The notes under the pieces are model-generated. The model searched no databases. It was not told where the DNA came from and worked only from the letters and a program-made list of their open reading frames with translations. A stretch of DNA of 20,000 bases from Dehalococcoidia bacterium. Lineage in GTDB: Bacteria; Chloroflexota; Dehalococcoidia; DSTF01; JACRBR01. Location: assembly GCA_041494685.1 (NCBI GenBank), contig JBGQBE010000002.1:177754-197753 (forward strand), in the 5' to 3' direction. Below are positions 8,388 to 17,090 of the stretch, one piece after another. The position numbers were made by a program, and so were the translations under genes. Every line of letters begins with the position of its first letter. The first letter of the stretch is position 1.

Positions 8388-9554
8388 TCACGGGTAGACC
8401 AGCTCGCGCTCCAGCAGCGACCGCGCGATCACCACGCGCTGCACCTGGCTCGTGCCCTCGACGATCATCAACTGGCGCGCGTCGCGGTAGTGGCGCTCCA
8501 GCGGATGGTCCATCATGTAGCCCTGCGCGCCCAACACCTGCAGCGCGTCGCTCGATACCTTCACCGCCGTCTCCGTCGCGAACACCTTCGCGATCGAGAG
8601 GTACGCGGCATGCTCGCGGCTGTAGAGCCCCTGGTCGACGCGCCACGCCCCCTGGTACACGAGCAGCCGCGCCGCCTCGATCTGGATCGCCATGTCGGCG
8701 AACATGAACTGGATCGCCTGCAGGTCCGCGATCGGCTTGCCGAACGCCTCGCGCTGGCGCGCGAACTCCAGCGCGTACGTCATCGCGCCCTCCGCAAGGC
8801 CGACGCCGCGCGCGCCGACCACCGGCCGGCACGAGTTCAGCGTCAGCATGGCGTGCGTGAAGCCCTGGCCCTCGACGCCGCCGACCAGGTTCTCGCGCGG
8901 CACACGCACGTCCTCCAGCACGATGTCCGCCGTCGGCACGCCGCGCACGCCCATCTTGCGGTCGGTGCCGGCGACGCGGAATCCCGACGCGTCCGTCGGC
9001 ACGATGAAGGCGCTGATCCCCTTCGGTCCGGGCGTGCCGTTGGTGCGCGCGAACGCCACCACGTAGTCGGCGACGGTGCCACCGGAGATATACATCTTCT
9101 CGCCGTTCAGGATGTAGTCGTCGCCGTCGCGGACCGCGCGCGTCTCCAGGTTGCCGGCGTCGGAGCCGTGGTTCGGTTCCGTCAGGCAGAAGGCGCCCTT
9201 CATGTTGCCGCTGGCGATGCCTTCGCCGATCCACTTCTTCTGGCGCTCGTCGCCGCCGATCATCACCGGCTGCGAGGGCAGCGCCGAGAGCAGCAGCATC
9301 AGCCCGGAGGCGCAGCAGTACTTCGCCGTCTCTTCGACCGCGAGCGCCAGCGCCAGCATGCCCGCACCGCTGCCGCCGTACTGCGCCGGGATCGTCAGCC
9401 CCGTCAAGCCGGTATCCTTAAACGCCTGGAAGATGTCGTGCGGATACTCGCCTGAGATGTCCATCTCGGCCGCCCGCGGCGCGATCTTCTCTTTCGCGAT
9501 GCGGCGCGCCGTCTCCTGGATCAGGCGGTGCTCGTCGGATAGCTGGAACTGCAT
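8388..9554 (-). CDS. Acyl-CoA dehydrogenase
   Basis: Start trimmed to MQFQLSDEH. FCLTEPNHGSD, LNGEKMYIS, KMGVRG, REAFGKPI, GAQGYM, RDARQLMIVEGTSQVQR with the catalytic Glu. Confidence 0.95.
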   Translation of the reverse strand: MQFQLSDEHRLIQETARRIAKEKIAPRAAEMDISGEYPHDIFQAFKDTGLTGLTIPAQYGGSGAGMLALALAVEETAKYCCASGLMLLLSALPSQPVMIGGDERQKKWIGEGIASGNMKGAFCLTEPNHGSDAGNLETRAVRDGDDYILNGEKMYISGGTVADYVVAFARTNGTPGPKGISAFIVPTDASGFRVAGTDRKMGVRGVPTADIVLEDVRVPRENLVGGVEGQGFTHAMLTLNSCRPVVGARGVGLAEGAMTYALEFARQREAFGKPIADLQAIQFMFADMAIQIEAARLLVYQGAWRVDQGLYSREHAAYLSIAKVFATETAVKVSSDALQVLGAQGYMMDHPLERHYRDARQLMIVEGTSQVQRVVIARSLLERELVYP

Positions 9555-9618
9555 GTGCGGCCTCGCTGAGATGGAATCGGGGTGTCCCAAAGAGAGTACC
9601 CGCGCCGCGCGCGTGAGG

Positions 9619-10386
9619 CTACCGTGCGCCCTGCACCCATAGCGCCGCTGTATGCGCTTCCTCGAACCCGAGCGACGCGAACAGCTTGCGCGCCGACCCC
9701 TCGATCCCCGTGCGCAGGCCGATGACGTCGCAGCCTTCCGCGCGCGCGTCGGCGATCGCCGCGGCCAGCAGCGCCGTGCAGATGCCCCGCCGGCGGTACG
9801 CTTTCAACGTCGCGACGCCGTAGACGCCGGCCGTCGCGCCGTCCACGAGCAGGTGCACGGTGCCGGCCGTCTCGCCATCAACCCCGGCCAGGTAGAAGGT
9901 GTAGCCCGGCTCCAGCACGCCGGCGAGCACCGATTTCAGCATGAGCGGCTTCAGCCACTTCTCGCCGCGCGCCGCCGCGATATCCGCGACGGCCCGTGCG
10001 TCGTCCGGCTCCGCGCGGCGGATGCGCACGCCCTCCGCGCGCGGCGATGGCACGGCGCCGCGGTGCACCATCGTCACCGTGCGCTCGGATGGCGCCAGGC
10101 CGCGGCGCCGCAGCCGCTCCTCCAGCGACGCGGGCCGGTCGAGCGGCGTCACGTACGCCGCCGGCTCGCGGTCGAACGCGCGCAGCAGCGCGAAGCCGAT
10201 ATCGAGCAGGTCGTCGATCGTGCGTTCGTCGGCGGTGAAGGATTCGATGCGGTTGAGGTCTTCGAGCGGCGCGTCGGAGGTCAGCGCCAGTGCGCCGCGC
10301 AGGTCGCGGTACTCGCCCCAGCCGAGCGACCGCCGGAGCCGCTCGTTGTTGATGATCCGTAGCGAGACCGCCGCATCGAAGGCCAT
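9619..10386 (-). CDS. GNAT family N-acetyltransferase
   Basis: VYGVATLKAYRRRGIC acetyl-CoA motif A and ARKLFASLGF. Start at ATG 10386 with TACACT 6 nt upstream. Confidence 0.85.
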   Translation of the reverse strand: MAFDAAVSLRIINNERLRRSLGWGEYRDLRGALALTSDAPLEDLNRIESFTADERTIDDLLDIGFALLRAFDREPAAYVTPLDRPASLEERLRRRGLAPSERTVTMVHRGAVPSPRAEGVRIRRAEPDDARAVADIAAARGEKWLKPLMLKSVLAGVLEPGYTFYLAGVDGETAGTVHLLVDGATAGVYGVATLKAYRRRGICTALLAAAIADARAEGCDVIGLRTGIEGSARKLFASLGFEEAHTAALWVQGAR

Positions 10387-10420
10387 GCCGCGAGTGTAGC
10401 GCGTGTCCACAGGAATGCGG

Positions 10421-10448
10421 CGCACCTTTACGTGCACGTAAAGGTGCG
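10421..10448. promoter_or_regulatory. Perfect 28-bp palindromic operator in a divergent promoter region
   Basis: CGCACCTTTACGTG|CACGTAAAGGTGCG, followed by a -10-like TATATT at 10450-10455. Confidence 0.8.
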
Positions 10449-10465
10449 GTATATTTTGCCTTGCC

Positions 10466-12349
10466 ATGAAGCCCAGCCGCCTCCCTGTTACGCTACGCCT
10501 TCTCAAATACGCCCTTCCCTACAAGCGCCGCCTCTTCGGCACCTGGCTTGCGGTGGGCGGTCTCACCACGTTCCAGCTCCTCGGCCCCTGGCTCGTGGCC
10601 TACGCGATCGACAAGGGCCTCGACGTCAAGACCGAGGGCGGCGTGTCGGTTCACCACGGCAGCTTCCACACGCTCTGGATCGCGGCCGTGCTGATCACGG
10701 CGGCGGCCGCCATGCGCGGCATCTTCCAGTTCTGGCAGACGTACACCTCGGAGTGGCTCGCCCAGCGCGTCGCCTACGACATCCGCAACGACATCTACGA
10801 CCACCTGCAGCGCCTGAGCTTCGCCTACCACGACCAGGCGCAGACCGGCCAGGTGATGCAGCGTGCCACGCAGGACGTCGAGGGCGTGCGGATGTTCGTG
10901 AACCTCGGCGCCATCCGCCTGGTCTACGTCGCCGCGCTGCTGGTGACAACGCTCGTGCTGATGGTGCTGACGGACATGAAACTGGCGCTGCTGAGCTGGG
11001 TCTTCATCCCGCCCACGGCGCTGATCGCGGTCCGCATGACCTCGCTGTTGCGGCCCATCTCGTTCGAAGTGCAGAACCTGCAGGGCCGCCTGGGAGTAGT
11101 GCTGCAGGAGAACCTCAGCGGCATGCGGGTCGTCAAGGCCTTCGGCCGCGAAAAGCACGAGGAGAAGAAGTTCAACGCCGAAGCGGAGAACCTCTTCAAG
11201 TTCTCGTACCAGACCAACCGCATCCAGGCCACCTACGCGCCGCCGCTCAGCCTCGTCTGGTCGCTCGCCATGGTCGCCACGGGCTGGTTCGGTGCCTACC
11301 AGATCTTGCACGGCAACCTGCGCGCCGGCGAGTTGGCGCAGTTCATGCTCTACCTGACGATGCTGCAGCTGCCCGTGCGCAGCCTGGGCTGGGTGAACAT
11401 GCTCTGGGCGCGCGCCGCCGTCTCCGGCCAGCGCATCTACGACATCCTAGACGCCGAATCCGCCGTGCAAGAGAAGCCCGACGCCGTCGAGCTGACCGGC
11501 CTCAAGGGCCACGTCCGCTTCCAGGACGTGTCGTTCGGCTACGACGCGATCAGCCCGGTGCTGCGCCACGTCGACGTCGACGCGCACCCCGGCCAGATCG
11601 TCGCGCTGCTCGGACAGACCGGCTCGGGCAAGACCACCGTCGTCAACCTGATGCCGCGCTTTTACGACGTGACGGGTGGCGCCATCACGATCGACGGCAT
11701 CGACATCCGCGACGCGACGCTCGCGTCGCTGCGGCGCGCCTTCGGCATCGTGCAGCAAGACGTCTTCCTCTTCTCCGCCACGATCCGCGAGAACATCGCC
11801 TACGGCGCGTCGTCCGCGTCGGAGGAGGACGTGGTGCACGTCGCGAAGATGGCCCGCATCCACGACTTCATCACGACGCTGCCGGACGGCTACGACACCT
11901 GGGTCGGCGAGCGCGGCATCACGCTCTCCGGCGGCCAGAAGCAGCGCATCTCGATCGCACGCACGCTGCTGCTGGACCCGAAGATCCTGGTGTTCGACGA
12001 CTCCACGTCGAGCGTCGACACCGAGACCGAGTACCTGATCCAGCAGGCCCTCGCCGAGCTGATGAAGGGGCGCACGACGTTCGTCATCGCCCAGCGGCTG
12101 CGCACGGTGAAGGCGGCCGACCAGATCCTGGTGCTCAAGGACGGCAAGATCGCGCAGCGCGGACGCCACGAAGAGCTGATCAAGGAAGAGGGCCCGTACC
12201 GCCAGATCTACGACGTGGAACTGCGCGACCAGGAAGAGGCGTTCGAGCGCGAGCGCGAGCGCTTGGCGAACATGACCGAGGCGGCCGCGGCGGCGGCTGA
12301 AGCTGCGGCGGCGGCACAGGCGGCGCCAGCGGCCGGCGGCGCGGACTAG
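10466..12349 (+). CDS. ABC exporter TMD-NBD half-transporter, subunit with degenerate Walker B/switch
   Basis: N-terminal TM domain; Walker A GQTGSGKT, signature LSGGQKQR, Walker B VFDDS (E to D), switch AQR (H to Q). Confidence 0.95.
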   Translation: MKPSRLPVTLRLLKYALPYKRRLFGTWLAVGGLTTFQLLGPWLVAYAIDKGLDVKTEGGVSVHHGSFHTLWIAAVLITAAAAMRGIFQFWQTYTSEWLAQRVAYDIRNDIYDHLQRLSFAYHDQAQTGQVMQRATQDVEGVRMFVNLGAIRLVYVAALLVTTLVLMVLTDMKLALLSWVFIPPTALIAVRMTSLLRPISFEVQNLQGRLGVVLQENLSGMRVVKAFGREKHEEKKFNAEAENLFKFSYQTNRIQATYAPPLSLVWSLAMVATGWFGAYQILHGNLRAGELAQFMLYLTMLQLPVRSLGWVNMLWARAAVSGQRIYDILDAESAVQEKPDAVELTGLKGHVRFQDVSFGYDAISPVLRHVDVDAHPGQIVALLGQTGSGKTTVVNLMPRFYDVTGGAITIDGIDIRDATLASLRRAFGIVQQDVFLFSATIRENIAYGASSASEEDVVHVAKMARIHDFITTLPDGYDTWVGERGITLSGGQKQRISIARTLLLDPKILVFDDSTSSVDTETEYLIQQALAELMKGRTTFVIAQRLRTVKAADQILVLKDGKIAQRGRHEELIKEEGPYRQIYDVELRDQEEAFERERERLANMTEAAAAAAEAAAAAQAAPAAGGAD

Positions 12350-12358
12350 GGAGACATC

Positions 12359-14308
12359 ATGGTGTTCTTTGGCGGCGCCGGATCGGCCGGTGGCTGGAGC
12401 GGCGGCGGCCCCGGAAGCAACTGGAACAACCTGCGTCCCAACACGCTGCGCCGCAGCACGGATGGCTGGGACGACGACGAGCTCGGCTCTGTCTACAACC
12501 ACCGCGTCGTCACGCGCCTGGCCAAGTTCGTCGCGCCGTACCGGTTCCGGCTGTTCGTCGCGCTGTTCGGCACGCTCGGCTTCGCCGTCCTCACCCGCTC
12601 GATGCCAGTCGCCGTCCAGGGACTCATCCACGCGGCGATGTACAAGGACCTCAGTTCGTTGAACTTCTGGGGCTGGGTCTATATCGCCATGGCGGTGCTG
12701 TCCGCCGGCTTCTACTACATCCAGCTCACGTCCACCGGCTGGATCGGCCACCGGCTGCTGTTGAGCCTCCGCAAGGACATGTTCGCCCACATGCAGAAGC
12801 TCTCCCTGAGCTTCTACGACAACAACGAGGTCGGGCGCATCATGTCCCGCATCACAAGCGATGTCACGTCGCTGCAGGACCTGATGACCAGCGGATTCCT
12901 CACGATCATCGGTGACATCGCCGGAATCGGGATCTCCGTCCTCGCCCTGATGTACTTCGACATGCGGCTCGCGCTCGTCACGTTCACGGTCGTGCCGCTC
13001 CTCGTCGTCACGATGGCCATCTGGCAGAACTACTCGCGCCGCGCCTTCATCCGCGTGCGCCAGGCGATCGCCCAGGTGAACGCGAATCTGCAGGAGAACG
13101 TCTCGGGCGTCCGCGTCATCCAGAGCCTCTCGCGCGAGGACGAGAACGCGAAGCGCTTCGACTCGATCAACCAGCAGAACTGGCGCGCCAACGTCGACGC
13201 CGGCCGGCTCTCCGCCGCCGTCACGCCCGCCGTCGAGGTGATCGTCGCCATCGCGATGTCGCTGGTCGTCGGCTACGGCGGCTACCTGGTGCTGCACGGC
13301 CGCATGGAGGTCGCCGCGCTGATCGCCTTCACGTTGCAGCTCCAGCTCTTCTTCGATCCGGTGCGCGACCTGGTGCTGCAGTACACGCAGCTCCAGCGCG
13401 CCATGGCCGGCGGCGAGCGCGTGCTGGAGGTGCTGGACACGAAGCCGGAGTTCGAGGATGACCCCAACGCGATCGACCTGGAGGACGTGGCCGGCCGCGT
13501 AGACTTCAACCACGTCACCTTCCGCTACGTGGACGAGGTGCCCGTGATCGAGGACATCGACCTGCACGTGCAGCCGGGCGAGACGATCGCCCTGGTCGGC
13601 CAGACCGGCGCCGGCAAGACGACGATCACGGCGCTGATCTCCCGCTTCTACGAGGTCAGCGAAGGCTCGATCGAGATCGACGGCATCGATGTGCGCAAGA
13701 TCTCGCACGCCAGCCTGTCGCGGCGCATGGGGCTGGTGCTGCAGGAGCCGTTCCTCTTCTCCGGCACCGTCTTCGAGAACATCCGCTACGGCCGCCTCGA
13801 CGCCACGGACGAGGAAGTCGCGGAGGCCGCCCGCAACGTCGGCGCGCACGAGTTCATCTCGCGCCTGGACCAGGGATACGACACCTACCTGCACGAGCGC
13901 GGCATGAACCTCTCGGTGGGCCAGCGGCAGCTGATCAGCTTCGCGCGCGCCATCATCGCGCAGCCGCGCATCCTCATCCTGGATGAGGCGACGGCGAACG
14001 TGGACACGCAGACCGAAGTGATCATCCAGCGCGCGCTGAAGACGCTGCTGGAGGGTCGCACGTCGTTCGTCATCGCGCACCGGCTCTCGACGATCCGCAA
14101 CGCCGACCGGATCATCGTGCTGGAGCACGGGCGGATCGTGGAGCAGGGCAAGCACGACGACCTGCTGGCGCTGGGCGGCCGCTACGCCAGCCTCTACCGC
14201 ATGACGTACGAGCAGCACCCGATGCACACGAACGGCGCAGGCGGGAGCAACGGCAAGAACGGCGCAGCCGCGGCGACCACGCCACTCACCGCGCCGGGGC
14301 CGGCCTGA
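12359..14308 (+). CDS. ABC exporter TMD-NBD half-transporter, partner subunit
   Basis: Walker A GQTGAGKT, signature LSVGQRQ, ILDEATA, AHRL. GGGAG SD; starts 9 nt after the previous stop. Confidence 0.95.
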   Translation: MVFFGGAGSAGGWSGGGPGSNWNNLRPNTLRRSTDGWDDDELGSVYNHRVVTRLAKFVAPYRFRLFVALFGTLGFAVLTRSMPVAVQGLIHAAMYKDLSSLNFWGWVYIAMAVLSAGFYYIQLTSTGWIGHRLLLSLRKDMFAHMQKLSLSFYDNNEVGRIMSRITSDVTSLQDLMTSGFLTIIGDIAGIGISVLALMYFDMRLALVTFTVVPLLVVTMAIWQNYSRRAFIRVRQAIAQVNANLQENVSGVRVIQSLSREDENAKRFDSINQQNWRANVDAGRLSAAVTPAVEVIVAIAMSLVVGYGGYLVLHGRMEVAALIAFTLQLQLFFDPVRDLVLQYTQLQRAMAGGERVLEVLDTKPEFEDDPNAIDLEDVAGRVDFNHVTFRYVDEVPVIEDIDLHVQPGETIALVGQTGAGKTTITALISRFYEVSEGSIEIDGIDVRKISHASLSRRMGLVLQEPFLFSGTVFENIRYGRLDATDEEVAEAARNVGAHEFISRLDQGYDTYLHERGMNLSVGQRQLISFARAIIAQPRILILDEATANVDTQTEVIIQRALKTLLEGRTSFVIAHRLSTIRNADRIIVLEHGRIVEQGKHDDLLALGGRYASLYRMTYEQHPMHTNGAGGSNGKNGAAAATTPLTAPGPA

Positions 14309-14318
14309 GAGTATTCCG

Positions 14319-15218
14319 CTACGCCCGGGTGAGGCGGATCGCGCCGGTGTGCGTGCGCAGTTGCACCTTCGGGCCGCTGCCGTTCGGCGCGCTGCCCGCG
14401 CGGCGCGGCGGCAGGTCGCTGCGCACGCTGCCGACGTCGCTCTGTGCGTCGACGTAGAAGGGGTAGTCCGGGTCCACCGCGAGGTGGATCAGCCCCGTGT
14501 GCGCGCGCATGTCAAAGTCACCGCGTACCGCGCCGCGGTAGCGCACCGCGCCCGTGTGCGCGCGCGCGTACACCGCGCCCTGCGCCTGCTCGATGCTGAT
14601 CGAGCCGGTGTGCGTCGTCACCTTCAGCTTGCCCCGCACGTCGCGCACGTCCGCGGCGCCGCTGCGCGCTTCGATGCTCACGTCGCCGGCGATGTGCTGC
14701 ATCTCGATGCGGCCGCTGCGCGCCTCTGCCGTGACGTTGCCGCGCACGCGCTCCGCGCCGATCGCGCCGCTGCGCGAGACGATCGTCACGTCACCTTCGA
14801 TGTCCTCGACGCTGACCCGGCCGCTCATGCTCTCGATGTGGACGCGGCCGTGCGTCCGCGCGACCTGCACGCGGCCCGAGCGCGAGAGCACGCGCACGGC
14901 CGTCTGCACTGGCACGCGCGCGGTGTAGTCGACACGCGCACCGCGCTTGCCGCCCCACAGGCTCCATCCCTCGGTCTGCGGCATCGACGGCGCGCGCACG
15001 ATCACGCGGTGCGAGTCCTGCTCCAGCCCGCGCGCCACGAGCGCCGCCGCTTCATCCGCTTCGTCGGCGGTGTCAGACCAGACGTGCACGACGGCCTCCA
15101 GCAGCACGGAGTGGCCGTCGTACGCCTCGACAGCGACCGTGCCGGAGCGCGCCTCCACGTGCAGGACGGCGCGCTCCCCTGTCTCGAACTCGCGGGTGAT
15201 CGTGCGGGTGTGTTCCAT
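14319..15218 (-). CDS. DUF4097 / adhesin-like beta-strand repeat protein, no signal peptide
   Basis: Repeats of about 18 aa (V.I.S/ARSG.V/I....GDV; later HTG.I) ending in VQLRTHTGAIRLTR. Start trimmed to MEHTRTITREF, 1 nt after the upstream stop. Confidence 0.85.
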   Translation of the reverse strand: MEHTRTITREFETGERAVLHVEARSGTVAVEAYDGHSVLLEAVVHVWSDTADEADEAAALVARGLEQDSHRVIVRAPSMPQTEGWSLWGGKRGARVDYTARVPVQTAVRVLSRSGRVQVARTHGRVHIESMSGRVSVEDIEGDVTIVSRSGAIGAERVRGNVTAEARSGRIEMQHIAGDVSIEARSGAADVRDVRGKLKVTTHTGSISIEQAQGAVYARAHTGAVRYRGAVRGDFDMRAHTGLIHLAVDPDYPFYVDAQSDVGSVRSDLPPRRAGSAPNGSGPKVQLRTHTGAIRLTRA

Positions 15219-15219
15219 C

Positions 15220-15627
15220 TCAGACGCTCGTGAATCCCCAGAGCCGCGCCGTGAAGTCGTTCCAGAGGCCGCGCGCCCGCGGCGGCTCATCGACGCGCAC
15301 GGTGCCCGGGTCCAGCGCGCGCCGGATCGCGCTCGCCAGCTCGCGGCGCGAGTGGGGTCCGACGAAGCGCGCCAGTTCGTGCGCGTCGTGAATGACGACG
15401 AAGGTCGGCAGCAGGTTGATCTTGAAGCGCCGCCGCAGGTCGGGGTGCGCGTCGATGTCCACCGCGCGCACCGGCAGCCGTCCGGCCGCCAGCTCGATGC
15501 CGGCGATGCGCGTCGCGAGCGGCCGCGTCCGCACGCGCGACGACGTGAATTCGACGATCAGCGGCATCTCGCGCCGCGCCAGCTGCGCGTCGGTGATGGT
15601 GCATTCGGGCGAGAGGTTCATCGTCAT
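15220..15627 (-). CDS. Thioredoxin-fold protein lacking CxxC
   Basis: PLIVEFTS...VRAVDIDAHPDLRRRFKINLLPTFVVIH..ELARFVG matches the thioredoxin pattern including the cis-Pro, but WCxxC is absent. ATGA overlap with the upstream gene. Confidence 0.7.
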   Translation of the reverse strand: MTMNLSPECTITDAQLARREMPLIVEFTSSRVRTRPLATRIAGIELAAGRLPVRAVDIDAHPDLRRRFKINLLPTFVVIHDAHELARFVGPHSRRELASAIRRALDPGTVRVDEPPRARGLWNDFTARLWGFTSV

Positions 15628-16091
15628 GACCAGTCGTCCTCCAGCTCCGCACCGTGGTGGCGGCCGGTGTGCCGGTCATCCATCTTCCGCTCCCAGCGAT
15701 CCCACTTCCGCTCCCACCGCCGCTGCCGGCGCGCCCACTTGTCGCCGACCCGGATCTGCCAGTCCCAGTCCCACGCGCGTTCCGCCCGATGGTTGAACCC
15801 GAAGGGGTCGATGGCGAAGACGTTCGGCGCGATCATCGCCACGCCGGTCACGACCGTGTACGCGATCAGCCAGTCCTTCGTCGGATCGATGGTGCCCGCC
15901 AGGAAGAGGATCGACAGCACGAACGCCGCCATCCGCAGGTCGATCGCCGGCCGCAGCTGCAGCCAGTTCCAGAACCGCGGCCGCATCGCGGCGACGCCCG
16001 TGACGACGGTGAGCGTGATCCACCAGCCGCGCTCGGGATCGATGTTGCCGCCGAGCAGCAGGCAGGCCACGATGAATGCGAAGAGTCTCAT
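15624..16091 (-). CDS. Hypothetical membrane protein with internal duplication and W/R-rich tail
   Basis: GAGGGG SD. Two copies of hydrophobic-G-x-IDP-xxx-W-(I)-xxTVVTGVA; tail WDWDW...RRWERKWDRWERK. Confidence 0.75.
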   Translation of the reverse strand: MRLFAFIVACLLLGGNIDPERGWWITLTVVTGVAAMRPRFWNWLQLRPAIDLRMAAFVLSILFLAGTIDPTKDWLIAYTVVTGVAMIAPNVFAIDPFGFNHRAERAWDWDWQIRVGDKWARRQRRWERKWDRWERKMDDRHTGRHHGAELEDDWS

Positions 16092-16127
16092 GTCGTCCCC
16101 CCTCGGGCCGGCGGTTCGCCGCCGCCG

Positions 16128-16346
16128 TCAGCGTGCGCCGTGCGCGAGCGTCTTTGCCGCGCGCTCACCCGCGGTGCGGTCCAACATGATGCCCAGCTGC
16201 ACCAGCGCCGCCGCGATCGTCTGCCGCAAGCCGCGGTGCAGGCGCCGCTGCCGCGCGCGCGCCTCCTCTACGAGCGCGATGTACGCGCTGTCGATGCGGC
16301 CGAGCTGCTGGATGCGCTGCTCCGCGATCAGTTCGTCGATCATCAT
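16128..16346 (-). CDS. Small helical hypothetical protein (72 aa)
   Basis: Strong SD AAGGAGGG before MMIDELIAEQRIQQL; fits between two operon genes. Confidence 0.7.
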   Translation of the reverse strand: MMIDELIAEQRIQQLGRIDSAYIALVEEARARQRRLHRGLRQTIAAALVQLGIMLDRTAGERAAKTLAHGAR

Positions 16347-16380
16347 GGTCCCCTCCTTCCCCGCTCCGGCGGGGAGATCT

Positions 16381-16908
16381 CTACTCGTCGTCGCCGCCGA
16401 CCCAGCCGCTGAGTCGCGAGCCGCGTCCCGGGCGATCGCTCCAGCCGGGCGGGCGCGGCGGGCGCGACGGGGTCGGCCCCGTCTGCACCTCGATGTTGCG
16501 GACCGCACGCGCGAGTGCCTTCACAAACCAGGTGTTCGCCGACGTGCCGGCCTTCGACGCGGCCTGCTGCGCAAGGTCCTTCAGCTCCGCCGGGATGCGG
16601 ATCGTGATCTTCTCGACATCGCCCTCAAGCGCGGAGTACTGGGCTTCCTCGCCGTTGCCGGACTTCTCATCCACCTCGACCGCCAGGCCGCCCGGCCGGT
16701 ACGCCAGCCGCACGCGGTAGTGCGCTGCGACCTTGTCATCGACCGCCTGCGCCACTTGCGACATCAGGTCGTAGACCGCGCGCTCCAGCGGCGTCCGCGC
16801 CGCGTCGACGTAAATCTCGATGGCGCGGCGGCGCTCGTCGCTCTCGATCAGCGCCAGCGGCTGCTTCAGCGCGTCGAAGACTGGCTGGGTGTTGAGCTCG
16901 GTGGCCAT
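16381..16908 (-). CDS. Ribbon-helix-helix DNA-binding protein (family often labelled 'HicB family antitoxin')
   Basis: C-terminal KITIRIPAELKDLAQQAASKAGTSANTWFVKAL (RHH pattern) and terminal RLSGWV motif, like the RHH proteins found with DUF4097 genes in Actinobacteria. Confidence 0.75.
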   Translation of the reverse strand: MATELNTQPVFDALKQPLALIESDERRRAIEIYVDAARTPLERAVYDLMSQVAQAVDDKVAAHYRVRLAYRPGGLAVEVDEKSGNGEEAQYSALEGDVEKITIRIPAELKDLAQQAASKAGTSANTWFVKALARAVRNIEVQTGPTPSRPPRPPGWSDRPGRGSRLSGWVGGDDE

Positions 16909-16965
16909 CTGGCCTCACTCCCCGGCGGGTGCCATCGGCAGTCCGCCATCTCTGTGCAGTACATT

Positions 16966-17005
16966 TGATGGCGATATGATGGCACCGTGATGGCATACCT
17001 GTCAA
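16966..17005 (-). promoter_or_regulatory. Promoter of the RHH operon (TTGACA-18 nt-CATCAT with extended TG) overlapped by three TGATGGC repeats
   Basis: TTGACA at 17005-17000 and CATCAT at 16981-16976. + strand TGATGGC at 16966, 16977 and 16988. Confidence 0.75.
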
Positions 17006-17090
17006 GGGGTGATCGGTATGAAATTCCGGGAAAATTGGGAAAACGACCTGATCCGGGTGCACAGGAGCACGGCGCTGGCCGCCGCCGAAG

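Noticed and set aside
8315..8390. CRISPR-like array
   Set aside because: Units are 7 bp with no spacers, and there are no cas genes.
11447..14227. 926-aa antisense ORF
   Set aside because: Shadow frame of the ABC genes caused by high-GC codon bias; no motifs.
16128..16908. HicAB toxin-antitoxin pair
   Set aside because: The small downstream protein lacks HicA features (dsRBD-like fold, GSH motif); only the RHH domain resembles HicB.
14947..16968. 673-aa plus-strand ORF
   Set aside because: Antisense to five coherent minus-strand genes that have SD sites and a promoter; low-complexity translation.
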